Shown: positions 9,824 to 22,315 of the stretch, piece by piece
Layout of the letters: each line of letters opens with the position of its first letter
Numbering within the stretch: the first letter of the stretch is position 1
From: an uncultured Candidatus Saccharibacteria bacterium
GTDB lineage: Bacteria > Patescibacteriota > Saccharimonadia > Saccharimonadales > UBA10212
DNA: 53,602 nt
NCBI GenBank assembly: GCA_964448095.1
Contig: CAYUUT010000006.1
Coordinates: 1-53,602, forward strand
Direction: 5' to 3'
Program-made: the position numbers and the translations under genes
The notes under the pieces: model-generated
The model's database searches: none
What the model saw: the letters and a program-made list of their open reading frames with translations, nothing else
What the model was told of the DNA's origin: nothing

Positions 9824-10579
9824 TTAGTACGTAGGTACTACTACAATATCATGATTCATCGTATAAAGTCCGGCCCGTGTAAGCGGCGCCTGGTTGGCAA
9901 TATAAGAGATGGTGTAGGTCGTCTGGCCAATTGATTGATTGCCGGAAGTCGCCGGCGAATTGGCGATAACATTACCAGTCACGTATTTAAATAAATTAGC
10001 CGTGTTGTAGCCGGTGGCGGCCTGGCCGTTGGCAAAAGAGTTATCTGGTTGATTTACCGGATCAGCGCCCAAATCACAGCCGGCGCCGCAGAAATTGCTG
10101 TTTTTGACCAGGTTGATGCCAAATTGCTCTACGCCGGTTGTGGAGGCCGTGGGTGCACCGAGGGCGCTGAATTGGTGGCCTTCTTCATTAGTCAGCGGCT
10201 GGCTGGCAGTAATCACGCTGTAAGCTTGTGACAGGTAGGTTCGCACTGTGAAGCTAGCGCTACCCGAACCGGTTGTCGTGGTGCTAAGCGTGCCCAGGTC
10301 AACGGTTGAATTATTGATAGTCTCCGACAAAAAGACCTGGTTTTGGCTTAAAAAACCGACATTGGAGCGATAGTTGGAGCTATAAAAGTCTCCCGAGCCA
10401 GTGCCGCCAAGACTGGCCTGTCCTTGGTAGTTGGCCGAGCTCTGGCTTAACGCCCCGCCGGTGCCAAAAAAAACTTCGTTGGTACTGTAGCCGCTGGAAG
10501 AATATTGAGCATAGACAAAAGGCGTGCTAAAAAACAGACACGCGCAGATTAACGCTAACAGGAGTTTTAGGCGCGTCAT
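9824..10579 (-). CDS. Secreted WxL-like/pilin-like surface protein, short paralog 4
   Basis: Signal peptide; VDLGTL, FGINL; ends GLYTMNHDIVVVPTY; lacks the N-terminal domain of paralogs 1-3. Confidence 0.55.
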   Translation of the reverse strand: MTRLKLLLALICACLFFSTPFVYAQYSSSGYSTNEVFFGTGGALSQSSANYQGQASLGGTGSGDFYSSNYRSNVGFLSQNQVFLSETINNSTVDLGTLSTTTTGSGSASFTVRTYLSQAYSVITASQPLTNEEGHQFSALGAPTASTTGVEQFGINLVKNSNFCGAGCDLGADPVNQPDNSFANGQAATGYNTANLFKYVTGNVIANSPATSGNQSIGQTTYTISYIANQAPLTRAGLYTMNHDIVVVPTY

Positions 10580-10630
10580 TTACCCATGGATTATAGCATA
10601 AGGGGTTTAAAACATTGTCTGGTATGAATT

Positions 10631-11326
10631 TTAGTTGAGTTTGAAGCTCTGCAGGATCTCCTGGAAAACCTGGCCAAAGTAACTTGAACCGTCGTTCACA
10701 AACGCGAAGTTGAGTGTCTGGTTTTGGCCGTGTGAATTTTGCAGTGTGATGTCGTAGCTGCCACCGACTAAGGCGGCAGCGGCTTTTTCGCCGCTGCCGC
10801 GCACTAAACAGATATAATTAGCGCCTTGGAACTGCATGCTCAGAGTAACTGGCGGCAGGCTGCCTGGGCTTTGTTTAACACTATCGCCACAACGAGCGGA
10901 TATAGCAGTCGGCTGCATCCGGTTATTGCTGACCGTTAACGGCACTACGTAGTTGACCGCTTGGCTTTCAAGCGACTGGTTAAAAATTATATCTAACTCG
11001 TACACGATTAAGTTATTTTCCTGAGTGAAAAAAACATATTTGCTGAGTGACGACTCTTCAGGGGAAAATTGCCAGTTGGCGGTAGACTTAAAGCTAAAGA
11101 CACTATTTTGGACTAAGTGTTCCGGCGATCCGTTATAAAAGGTCTTGGTTAAGGGCTGAATGACGACTGCCTTGGCAGCCTCGGTAGTGGATTTTTGCCA
11201 TAAGTAGACCGCGCCGCCAGAGATTAGTACGACAATTATCATCAGACCAACCAGCAGTAGCCGGCGGCGGCGATAGCGGTTTTTTATGGATTTGTGTTGG
11301 TCCAGATTGTAATAAACATTGGGCAT
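10631..11326 (-). CDS. Hypothetical protein with N-terminal membrane anchor
   Basis: Basic stretch RYRRRR, then a TM helix and a soluble domain. The ORF track starts at 11395; the ATG at 11326 is more plausible. Confidence 0.6.
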   Translation of the reverse strand: MPNVYYNLDQHKSIKNRYRRRRLLLVGLMIIVVLISGGAVYLWQKSTTEAAKAVVIQPLTKTFYNGSPEHLVQNSVFSFKSTANWQFSPEESSLSKYVFFTQENNLIVYELDIIFNQSLESQAVNYVVPLTVSNNRMQPTAISARCGDSVKQSPGSLPPVTLSMQFQGANYICLVRGSGEKAAAALVGGSYDITLQNSHGQNQTLNFAFVNDGSSYFGQVFQEILQSFKLN

Positions 11327-11381
11327 GGGTTTACGCTTTATAACCTCTAGCCTATAGTATAAGCGATAGCGATATAAAACC

Positions 11382-12449
11382 ATGGCAAGCCCCAATAATA
11401 AAAATCAGCCGAAAGCGGAACCGGCGGCCAAGCCGCCGGTTCCGCAGGAGCCTAAAGAACCCGGTTCTTTGGAAGGCGATTCGCTTGAAGCCGAGTCTGC
11501 CACACAAGACAACAGCCCCGGTAACCTCGCCGACCCGGGCAAAGATGCCAGCGGCCAATCAGATCGACCGGGGGGCCCGCCGGCTAATGAGCCAAAAGCA
11601 AAAAGATCTTTGCTGCATAAATTAACCGAGGCAAAATTCCTATACATTTGGATCTTTTTGATTGTCATAGCCGGCATCGGCGTCCTTATATTTTTTACCC
11701 TTAAATGGAGTAAGGCCGCCCCGCAGGCCATCAAGACTACCACTGCTTCGTTAAGTAATGCCCAACTGGCGTCCTTAGCGCAAAATACCACGGTAGTGGG
11801 CGACGCCAAGCAAACCCTTAGCGTTGAAAGTAACGCTATATTCCAAGGGCAAGTGCTGCTTAAACAAGGCCTGGACGTCGCTGGCACGCTGAAAGTTGGC
11901 GGTGGTTTGTCCCTGCCCTCCATAACCGTTGGCGGTAATGGCTCCTTTGGTCAGTTAGAAGTTAATGACACCCTTTCGGTGGCTGGCAATAGCGTCGTCC
12001 AAGGTCAGTTGAATGTCCAGAAGGGCTTAACGGTTGCCGGTACCGCCAGTTTCGGCAGCATTTCGGCCGCCCAACTAAGCGTGACTAATCTGCAGCTCAA
12101 TAGCGATTTATTGCTTAGCCGGCACCTGGTAACCAGCGGCGGCAATCCCAGCAAAACCAACGGCACAGCCTTAGGCGATGGCGGTACGGCTTCAGTTGGT
12201 GGCAGCGACACTGCCGGCACGGTTAACGTCAATACCGGCAGCGGCCCAATTGCTGTCGGCTGCTTTATCAACATTACATTTACCCAAAAGTACTCCGGTA
12301 CGCCGCACATTATTCTCAGCCCGTCTAACAGTGCGGCCGGCAATTTAAATTACTACACTGACCGCTCATCCACCGGCTTTAGTGTCTGCACCGATAGCGC
12401 GCCTAGCGCTTCTACTACCTATCTGTTCGATTATTTTGTAGCTAACTAA
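11382..12449 (+). CDS. Membrane-anchored fibre/adhesin-like protein (GxLxVxG repeats plus tail-fibre-like C-terminal domain)
   Basis: Pro/acidic disordered N-terminus, one TM, then repeats GLDVAGTLKVGGGL / LEVNDTLSVAG / LNVQKGLTVAG, then C-terminal ITFTQKYSGTPHIILS...STGFSV. Confidence 0.55.
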   Translation: MASPNNKNQPKAEPAAKPPVPQEPKEPGSLEGDSLEAESATQDNSPGNLADPGKDASGQSDRPGGPPANEPKAKRSLLHKLTEAKFLYIWIFLIVIAGIGVLIFFTLKWSKAAPQAIKTTTASLSNAQLASLAQNTTVVGDAKQTLSVESNAIFQGQVLLKQGLDVAGTLKVGGGLSLPSITVGGNGSFGQLEVNDTLSVAGNSVVQGQLNVQKGLTVAGTASFGSISAAQLSVTNLQLNSDLLLSRHLVTSGGNPSKTNGTALGDGGTASVGGSDTAGTVNVNTGSGPIAVGCFINITFTQKYSGTPHIILSPSNSAAGNLNYYTDRSSTGFSVCTDSAPSASTTYLFDYFVAN

Positions 12450-12452
12450 AGG

Positions 12453-14887
<2,435 letters not shown>

Positions 14888-14891
<4 letters not shown>

Positions 14892-16432
14892 TTTTTAGCC
14901 TTCTGCTTGGTTTTGGCAAGTTCAGCGGCTAACTGAACAGCTGGTATTTGGGCGGCGGGTACCTGTAGAGTTGGCGCTTCGGGAGCAACTGGCGGCGGCG
15001 GCATTACCTGGGCCTTAAATTGGGCTATCACCTGGTCGTAATCTTTATCTTGCTTAACCAGTTTGGCGGCCTGGTTAGCGGTTTCCTGCATTAGGGCCAG
15101 GTTTATTGGCTTGGTGGGGTCTTCATTTAACAATATGCCAATCAGTAACTGTTGGGCCATCAAGCTATAAATCTGGCCCGGTTTTTGGGTAAAGATTTCC
15201 TGCATGTGCCGGCCACGCTCCAGGTCTTGTTTACTCTGAATTGTCAACTCCGAACCGAAGCGCGAAAATTCCTCGGCTACCCGGAAAGCCGCCAAGGCTT
15301 TCAGGCTTTTTGAACCCTGGTCTTTTTGTCGGCTATTTTGGCCTACGCCACCAACACGTGTAACACTTAAGCCCGGGTTGACAGCCGGACGCATGCCGCT
15401 ACGGAAAATTCCCATGTCCAGAATCCATTGCCCATCGGTAATAGACATGATGTTGGTGGGCAGATAAGCCGTGATGTCACCACTGTCGGCCAACACCATT
15501 GGAATGGCCGTCAGGCAACGATGGTTGCTGGCCAGACGCCCGGCGCGTTCCAGCAAAGCTGAATGGGCGTGGAACATATCGCCGGGGTAAGAATCACGAC
15601 CCGGGCTAACTTTGGAAAGTAGCGAGATTTCCCGGTGAGCGTGGGCATGGGCGGTTAAATCGTCATAAATAATCACTGCGTCCTGACCGAGTTTTTGCCA
15701 CAGGTATTCGGCTAGTGCGCAGCCTACATAAGGCGCCAGATAGCTCATCACCAACGATTCGAAGATGGTCGATACTACTACGATTGCCTTACCCATAGCG
15801 TTGTTGTCATTCAAGCGCGTAAGTAGCGTGTCGACGTCACTGCGGCGCTTGGCAATAAGCACGTAAACTACGATTTGATTGGTGTCGCGTTGATTAATAG
15901 CTATCTGGGTAGCCAGCGTTGATTTGCCTGACTTACTGTCGCCGAGCATAGCCATTCTCTGCCCGCGGACAATCGGGAATAGCGTATCAATCATGGTCAC
16001 GCCGGTCTCCATCTGGTCTTCCAGCAACTGGCGTTCGTGGATTGCCGGCGCCCGGTTAAAAACCGGCCAAGTAGTATCCGAGGCGATAGCGCCTTTGCCG
16101 TCTAGCGGCTCGCCGGTTACAGAGACCACGCGGCCAATAAAATCCTTGCCGACTTTTGCTACTAACTGCGAGCCGGTCAGCACTAAAGTCATGCCAATAC
16201 GTAAATTGGATACGCCCATGTGCAGGACAATCACCCGGTCGACCAATATTTCATGCACGTAGCCGCGGGTACCGTCTTCAAAGACTACAACGGCTTCTAG
16301 GGTCACTGGTTGCAGGCCTCGCACCTCAACTAAAAAACTGTCAACCGCGATTATTTCGCCGACCGGCTGGCCGCTGTCGACTAAGCGTTGGAAGTGTTGT
16401 CCGACATTACTGTCCACCGGTAGCTCCAGCAA
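14888..16432 (-). CDS. atpA: F1-type ATPase alpha subunit, divergent
   Basis: [12 protein letters not shown], Walker [40 protein letters not shown], arginine finger SVTRVGG; start may be GTG at 16417. Confidence 0.92.
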
Positions 16433-16892
16433 TAAGTTCGATTAGATAGGGCTGCTCTTTCTGCAAACGCGGTCGCAGGCTCATATCAAACCATTTGTTG
16501 GGCGTGCGCAGCATAAAACCAGCCGCCACATTGGGTTGGAGCCCAACTTGCAGCAACAGTGTCGGGTGGATATTTTGGCGCATCCAGCTAAGTATTTGCT
16601 CCAGGACTTTGGCTGGCGGTTCGCTACTAAAGCTTATGCGCAGCTGCGGCGCTGTTTTGAGCAGTCCTTCCAGCCGGGCTTTTAATTGCTGGCGCTGCGC
16701 TTCCTCCAGTAAATTAACCTGGTTGTCGCTGACCAACTGATTAAGCAAATTGCTGGGTCGCGGGGCTGGCAGAGCCGTACCGGCTGGCCGGCTTTTAGCG
16801 CCGGCGAAAAAATCATCTAGGCTATTTAGCTCACGCAGCAAACGCGACACGTCATAGCGGCTCACTAGGGTGATGGGGATTTTAAGCTCCAC
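16407..16892 (-). CDS. atpH: F1 delta/OSCP-like subunit
   Basis: C-terminal [22 protein letters not shown] matches the delta pattern; GTG start at 16892 chosen (ORF track starts at 16910). Confidence 0.7.
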   Translation of the reverse strand: MELKIPITLVSRYDVSRLLRELNSLDDFFAGAKSRPAGTALPAPRPSNLLNQLVSDNQVNLLEEAQRQQLKARLEGLLKTAPQLRISFSSEPPAKVLEQILSWMRQNIHPTLLLQVGLQPNVAAGFMLRTPNKWFDMSLRPRLQKEQPYLIELIAGATGGQ

Positions 16893-17508
16893 GCTGTATA
16901 TCCTCCACAATCGCCTGCTTATTAGCTTCCAGCTCGGCCAGGATATATTCCAGCTGGTCTGATAAATCTATCTGGTTGCCGATGGCGTGCAAAATGTAAT
17001 GGTTGATGATGTTGGCCATCTGACCTTCAAACTGTTTTAAGATGTGTTTTTTCTGTTCTTCCGATTGGGTTTTTAGCTGTTGCTCAAGATATTGCCGCTG
17101 TTGCTCAATAGTGTCGATAGTTTTCTCAATTGAGCCCAAGGCCAGCTGCTTAGCGTCAGCAATTGATTGCTCGTACTTCTTAAATTCTTCTTGCAAGGTG
17201 CGCGTAATCTCAGCCCGCATGTAGTCGTTCAGCTGGGAGGTGGTTTGGCGCAGATCCTGCTGCAGAAACATAGCGTTTTCGCCGATGATTTTCTCGAAGT
17301 GCAGGCGTCCGCGGTTACGCAGCTCTTCGCGGAACTCGTCATTAAAAATATGCTCAACGTCTTCTTTGGCGGAGTCTACCAAAGCTTCCTGAGGACCATT
17401 GGCCTTTTTGCCGGACGGCGCACCATTAAGCCGCAGGGCCAGCCAAACAAAGGCCGCTGTGGCTGACAGCAGCGATCCTACGACCAAGACTAGCCCACCA
17501 GTGTTCAT
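16882..17508 (-). CDS. Subunit b-like stator protein (N-terminal TM plus coiled coil)
   Basis: Single N-terminal TM followed by a long helical coiled-coil-like region; position upstream of delta. Confidence 0.6.
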   Translation of the reverse strand: MNTGGLVLVVGSLLSATAAFVWLALRLNGAPSGKKANGPQEALVDSAKEDVEHIFNDEFREELRNRGRLHFEKIIGENAMFLQQDLRQTTSQLNDYMRAEITRTLQEEFKKYEQSIADAKQLALGSIEKTIDTIEQQRQYLEQQLKTQSEEQKKHILKQFEGQMANIINHYILHAIGNQIDLSDQLEYILAELEANKQAIVEDIQRGA

Positions 17509-17524
17509 TATTGCTTTTTTATCC

Positions 17525-18346
17525 TTATAACCTTAGTAGTAAGTATACAGCCAGAAGGCCGGCAATGAAAATCAATACAGCGATAATTATAACCTCGGCC
17601 AAGCTACGCAAAATCGAATGTTTGGATAAGGGGTTACGGCCAATAGCTATCATGCCGCTGCGGATGCCTACCCACAAAAGACAGGCGGCAATAATCGCTG
17701 TCATCAGAAAGACCGCCAGCGCTGAATAAATCCGCAGGGCAGTAACGGTTTTACCGGCAATCGAATCGCCCAGAGTGCGCAGCGCCGAAGGCACGGCCAC
17801 GCTATCGCGGCTCAACGGGTTACGGCCCGGCTCGATATCAATCGTTATCCGCCCAATAGCTGAGCCACCGGCACTGGTAATGACTCCGCTTTTGCCGTCA
17901 AAGCCGGTCAAGGCACGGCCTAAAACAGCATTTTCCAGCGGCGAAGCTTTAGCGGCAATGCCGTTGATGTTAGACATCGATATATAGTCGCCCACTTTGA
18001 CGGCGCCTTCCTCGGAGCTAACCAAAACCGGGTAACTGCCGCTGTTGGCCACAAAGACCTGCTGGCCGTTGTTCTGAATAGCCACGGCCGCCAACGAAGG
18101 ATCTACCACCACGCCGTACATCTGAGTGGAGTCCGAAGCTGGCGCGGCAACTACTGTTTGGGGACTTTTCTTGTCAATCGCCACCACCCAGCCAATACCA
18201 ACCGACCCCTGTGAGTTAAAGCTCTGAACAAATGAGTCAGCTAAGGCGGTTTTAGCCAGCGCGGCCAGCGCTATAGTCATAACCGCGGCCACGATAACGG
18301 CAGCTCGCAGCCAGCGTTGGGTTGCCACGGCTCTGGGCGATGTCAT
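17525..18346 (-). CDS. Membrane protein: signal peptide, beta domain, C-terminal subunit-c-like hairpin (GRNP)
   Basis: Two C-terminal TM helices joined by IAIGRNPLSK, resembling the c-subunit RQP/RNP loop; central domain VKVGDYISMSNINGIAAKA...VLGRAL. Confidence 0.55.
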   Translation of the reverse strand: MTSPRAVATQRWLRAAVIVAAVMTIALAALAKTALADSFVQSFNSQGSVGIGWVVAIDKKSPQTVVAAPASDSTQMYGVVVDPSLAAVAIQNNGQQVFVANSGSYPVLVSSEEGAVKVGDYISMSNINGIAAKASPLENAVLGRALTGFDGKSGVITSAGGSAIGRITIDIEPGRNPLSRDSVAVPSALRTLGDSIAGKTVTALRIYSALAVFLMTAIIAACLLWVGIRSGMIAIGRNPLSKHSILRSLAEVIIIAVLIFIAGLLAVYLLLRL

Positions 18347-18389
18347 AATTAGCTCAAGTATAACGCTTTTGGTTATAAAAAACTATCTG

Positions 18390-19532
18390 TTAATCACTGG
18401 TAACTTTGATGATTAGTCCGAGGACGAATTTTAGGTCCGCTGGCGTGGTTTCGCGCCCAAAACTAAAGCGCAAGGTAGAGCGAGCATCTTCTTTAGTCAA
18501 TCCGATAGCCGATAACACGTGCGAAGGTTCAGCGCTGCTGGCGCTACAAGCGCTACCTACCGCTGCCATCACACCAGCTTCGTCGAGCTGCATCATCAAA
18601 CGTTCGTTATCAATACCCGGGAATGTCACGCTAAGGATGTGGGGCGTGTGGTGCTTAGGCGAACCGTTGACCTTAGCCGAAGGCACGGCCTCGGCCAAGT
18701 CAGCTACAAACCCGACGCGAAGTTTTTCTAGTCTTTCGGACTCGGCTTTCCTGCCGGCTTGGGCTAATTCCAGGGCTTTGGCCAAACCAGCGTCGGCCGC
18801 CACGTTCTCAGTTCCGCTGCGGATGCCGAATTCCTGACCGCCGCCCAAGATCAGCGGCTCCAGATTTATGCCGGCTTTGATAAACAGCGCGCCGCTTTGC
18901 TTGGGCCCGTAAATCTTCCCGCCGTTAACAGTCATTAAATCTACGCCCAGCCGCGAAACATGTAGATCCAGATAGAGCGGCGCTTGGGCGGCATCGGTAT
19001 GCAGGTATAGCGGTAAGTCATTGCCCTTGGATTTGCGCAAAATACTTAACTTGTTAAGTATTTTTGCGACTTCGCGCAGCGGCTGGACTGTACCTAACTC
19101 GTTATTGACCAACATAATGCTTAGCAAAACTGTCTTGTCACCGACCATTTTTTCTAATTTAGCCAGGTCAATGATGCCCTGCTGGTTAACTGGAATTAGG
19201 CGATGGGCAAAACAGCCTGCCGGCGCCAGTACCGAATCGTGCTCAATAGCGCTGGTCAAAACTTCGGCATCAGGAAATTTTCGCAGCACTCCTTGAATAG
19301 CTAAGTTATTAGCTTCAGTAGCGCCGGCTGTGAAGATAATTTCGGCTGGACGGCTGCCCAGGATTTTTGCGATGCCGGAACGAGCCTGCTCCAAAGACTG
19401 GCGGGCCGCCCGGCCCGCCAGATAGGTCGCCGACGGGTTATAAAAAGCTTCGCTAAAAAACGGCTCCATAGCCGCTAAAACCCGTGAGTCTACCGGTGTA
19501 GCCGCGGCGTAGTCCAGATAGATTCGCTTCAA
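18390..19532 (-). CDS. iscS: Cysteine desulfurase (IscS/NifS)
   Basis: YLDYAATTP, HTDAAQA, GGKIYGPK (PLP lysine), RSGTEN, GSACSA. Confidence 0.93.
   Translation of the reverse strand: MKRIYLDYAAATPVDSRVLAAMEPFFSEAFYNPSATYLAGRAARQSLEQARSGIAKILGSRPAEIIFTAGATEANNLAIQGVLRKFPDAEVLTSAIEHDSVLAPAGCFAHRLIPVNQQGIIDLAKLEKMVGDKTVLLSIMLVNNELGTVQPLREVAKILNKLSILRKSKGNDLPLYLHTDAAQAPLYLDLHVSRLGVDLMTVNGGKIYGPKQSGALFIKAGINLEPLILGGGQEFGIRSGTENVAADAGLAKALELAQAGRKAESERLEKLRVGFVADLAEAVPSAKVNGSPKHHTPHILSVTFPGIDNERLMMQLDEAGVMAAVGSACSASSAEPSHVLSAIGLTKEDARSTLRFSFGRETTPADLKFVLGLIIKVTSD
19043..19060. repeat. 18-bp palindrome, copy 2 (inside iscS)
   Basis: tacttaacttgttaagta flanked by aaaa/tttt. Confidence 0.8.
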
Positions 19533-20314
19533 GCTATACGCTCCTCGCCCAAGCCAAACAGCTTGACGGCGTTTTTAGTAGACGCCGCGGCCAGCTCTTC
19601 CGGGCTTTGCCCTCTCAGTTCCGCCAAAAATCGGCAAGTATCGGCGGTGTTTTTTGGCTCGCAACGCCGGCCGCGGTACGGTACCGGCGTCAAAAATGGC
19701 GCGTCAGTTTCCAGCACCAGCTTATCGAGCGGGACTGCTTTAGCGGCTTCCAGCCAACTTTGGTCTTTGGTGTAGGTCATTAGTCCGTTTAGGGCGACGA
19801 AAAGACCGCGCCCCAGCGCTTCATCCAACTGTTCGGAGTTAGCGCTAAAGCTATGAATTACGCCGGTAATGCCTTTGTAAGAATCAAAAATCGGCCAAAA
19901 TCCATCCCAGGCCTCGCGCACGTGGAAGACAAACGGCAGCCCGGCCGCCAGTCCGATTTCCAGCTGCGGGCGCAGGACATTTTCCTGGTCAGTTTTGGAT
20001 GTAAAATCGCGGTAATAATCCAGGCCGATTTCACCCACAGCAACGACCTTTGGCTCTTCTAACATTTTTTGCAACTTTATCGCAGCAGAGGCATCTCCTA
20101 AGAAGTCTTTGCCGTCGTGCGGGTGGGCACCGGCTGTCGCCCAAACGCCGCTATGGGCTTTGGCGAAATCAATCGCCCGGCGACTGTCTTCCAGGCTGCA
20201 ACCGACACAAATTATTCGCTTAACTCCGGCTTCGGCCGCCGCTCGCAGAACTTCTTCGCGGTCGGCGTCGTAAGCGTCAAAATGTAGATGGCAATGGGTG
20301 TCTATGAGTTCCAC
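19529..20314 (-). CDS. tatD: TatD-family hydrolase
   Basis: IDTHCHL, GEIGLDY, FHVRE, IHSF, LETDAPFL. Confidence 0.93.
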   Translation of the reverse strand: MELIDTHCHLHFDAYDADREEVLRAAAEAGVKRIICVGCSLEDSRRAIDFAKAHSGVWATAGAHPHDGKDFLGDASAAIKLQKMLEEPKVVAVGEIGLDYYRDFTSKTDQENVLRPQLEIGLAAGLPFVFHVREAWDGFWPIFDSYKGITGVIHSFSANSEQLDEALGRGLFVALNGLMTYTKDQSWLEAAKAVPLDKLVLETDAPFLTPVPYRGRRCEPKNTADTCRFLAELRGQSPEELAAASTKNAVKLFGLGEERIA

Positions 20315-20317
20315 TGC

Positions 20318-21772
20318 TTAGGCCTTTGGTTTTGCCGCGGCTTCGTGTTTGGGGAACAGGGACTCGGGCAACGGCTTTAACACGCCGCTGCCAAAGACCT
20401 CAATAATTTTAGCGGCTGTATCCGGTAAAAAGGGCTGCAACAGCACGGCTATCTCCAGCAGAGACGCCGCCAGGTAAGCCAGCACCTCACGCAGGTGAGT
20501 TTCGTCTTTAGTCTTGGCGATTTCCCAAGGCTTGGTTTCGTCGATGTACTGGTTAAGCCCCCTTACCTGCTCCCAGACACTGTCCAGCGCGCGGTCAAAG
20601 CGACAATCGGCAATCGCCTGCTTATAAGCGGCGATGTCATGGTCGGCGGCCGGAATCTCGCCAATCAAATCCTTCTGGTAGCGGGTAATCATGGCCGCGG
20701 TGCGCGATACGGCATTGCCCAACTGGTCGGCCAGTTCATCGTTATAAGCGGCCTCCAGCCTTTCCCAGCTAAAATCGCCATCACCCCAGCTCGCTATATG
20801 CCGCAAGAAAAAGTAGCGGAAAGTATCCACGCTATATTTTTGGATGACTTCATTGGGGTTAACAAAATTGCCCAGGCTCTTGCTCATTTTCTTACCGTTT
20901 ATATCGATAAAACCATGCACATAAAGTGTCTTGGCCACCGGCAATTCCAGGCCCATAAGCATCGCCGGCCAGATCGCCGCATGGAACCGCAGGATATCTT
21001 TACCGACTACCTGCACGTTGGCCGGCCAAAAATTCTTAAAATCCTCGCCATCGGGGTAGCCCAGCACGGTGATGTAATTCATTAATGCCTCGAACCAAAC
21101 GTACATCACTTGTTCGGTATCGTCCGGCACGGCAATCCCCCAGGAGATTTTATCTTTAGGGCGACTAATGCTTATGTCTTCCAGGCCGTCATTAATTACG
21201 CTCAGAATTTCGTTCTTGCGGCTATCAGGTATGACCCGCAGCTCGTCGGTTTCGATGGCCTGTTTTATCTTGGCCGTAAAGGCGCTGAGTTTAAAGAAAT
21301 AGTTCTCCTCGGTAAGCTCTTCATAGGGGCGGTTATGGTCAGGACAGACGCCCTTATTGGCCTTAACGACCTTTTCCGGGAAATACTCTTCGTGGCCGGT
21401 ACAGTACCAGCCGCTATATTTGCCTTTGTATATATAGGCGTTGAGTTTCTGCCAGATTAGTTGCGCCCGTTTCTCGTGGTCTTTATCGGTGGTACGGATA
21501 AAAAAGTCGTTGGTTATGTTGAGGTCACTTAGCAGTTGCTTAAAGTGTTGGCTCATCTGGTCGGCAAATTGCTCAGGGGTGAGCTTAAGCTCGGCGGCCT
21601 TTTCGGCGATTTTGCCGCCATGCTCATCGGTGCCGGCGCTAAATAAGGTTGGTTTATGGTTGATTCGGGCGTGCCGCGCCAGCACATCAGCCATTACGAA
21701 TTCCATGGCGTGGCCCAGATGCGGTTCGCCGTTGACATAGGGAATAGAAGTTGTGACGTAAAAGTTGGACAT
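20318..21772 (-). CDS. metG: Methionyl-tRNA ligase, short form
   Basis: IPYVNGEPHLGH, GTDEHG, YVWFEAL, KMSKS. Confidence 0.96.
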   Translation of the reverse strand: MSNFYVTTSIPYVNGEPHLGHAMEFVMADVLARHARINHKPTLFSAGTDEHGGKIAEKAAELKLTPEQFADQMSQHFKQLLSDLNITNDFFIRTTDKDHEKRAQLIWQKLNAYIYKGKYSGWYCTGHEEYFPEKVVKANKGVCPDHNRPYEELTEENYFFKLSAFTAKIKQAIETDELRVIPDSRKNEILSVINDGLEDISISRPKDKISWGIAVPDDTEQVMYVWFEALMNYITVLGYPDGEDFKNFWPANVQVVGKDILRFHAAIWPAMLMGLELPVAKTLYVHGFIDINGKKMSKSLGNFVNPNEVIQKYSVDTFRYFFLRHIASWGDGDFSWERLEAAYNDELADQLGNAVSRTAAMITRYQKDLIGEIPAADHDIAAYKQAIADCRFDRALDSVWEQVRGLNQYIDETKPWEIAKTKDETHLREVLAYLAASLLEIAVLLQPFLPDTAAKIIEVFGSGVLKPLPESLFPKHEAAAKPKA

Positions 21773-21805
21773 CTCTTTAATTGTATCTAATCTGTTGGTT
21801 TCTAG

Positions 21806-22312
21806 CTAGAACAGAGATGCTTGTTCGGGTGTTTGCTCGGGTTCAAGCTTGGTATCAAGTTTTGCTGCCAGCCGCTCTAAAAACTCCGCTTGAGCTGGAA
21901 TTAGCTTAGTGGCCGCCGCGCTTAGACTAAACCAGGCGGCCCTATCGATTTCCGGAAATTCCTGCATTTTGCCCGAGCGCGGCGGCCATTCAATCTCAAA
22001 AGTATTACTCTTAACAGCGCCGACATCCAGGTCGCCTTCTACAGCCCAAATACTTACTATCTTTCCATTTTTATAAGTGACGCTACCTAGCTCCAGCCAC
22101 TCGCCTTCTGGCGGTTCTTTTCCCAGCTCCTCTTTGAATTCGCGTTTGGCAGTCGCGATTGGGTCAGTACCTTCATCGTACTCGCCCTTGGGTATCGACC
22201 AGTGACCGGCATCCTTTTTGGCATGGAACGGTCCGCCCATATGGGCAATCAGCACCTCGACAGAGCTGCCTCTTTTGCGATAAACCAATAATCCGGCGCT
22301 AAGTTTTTTCAT
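21806..22312 (-). CDS. NUDIX hydrolase
   Basis: Nudix box WSIPKGEYDEGTDPIATAKREFKEELG; FPEIDRAAWF. Confidence 0.9.
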   Translation of the reverse strand: MKKLSAGLLVYRKRGSSVEVLIAHMGGPFHAKKDAGHWSIPKGEYDEGTDPIATAKREFKEELGKEPPEGEWLELGSVTYKNGKIVSIWAVEGDLDVGAVKSNTFEIEWPPRSGKMQEFPEIDRAAWFSLSAAATKLIPAQAEFLERLAAKLDTKLEPEQTPEQASLF

Positions 22313-22315
22313 ATC

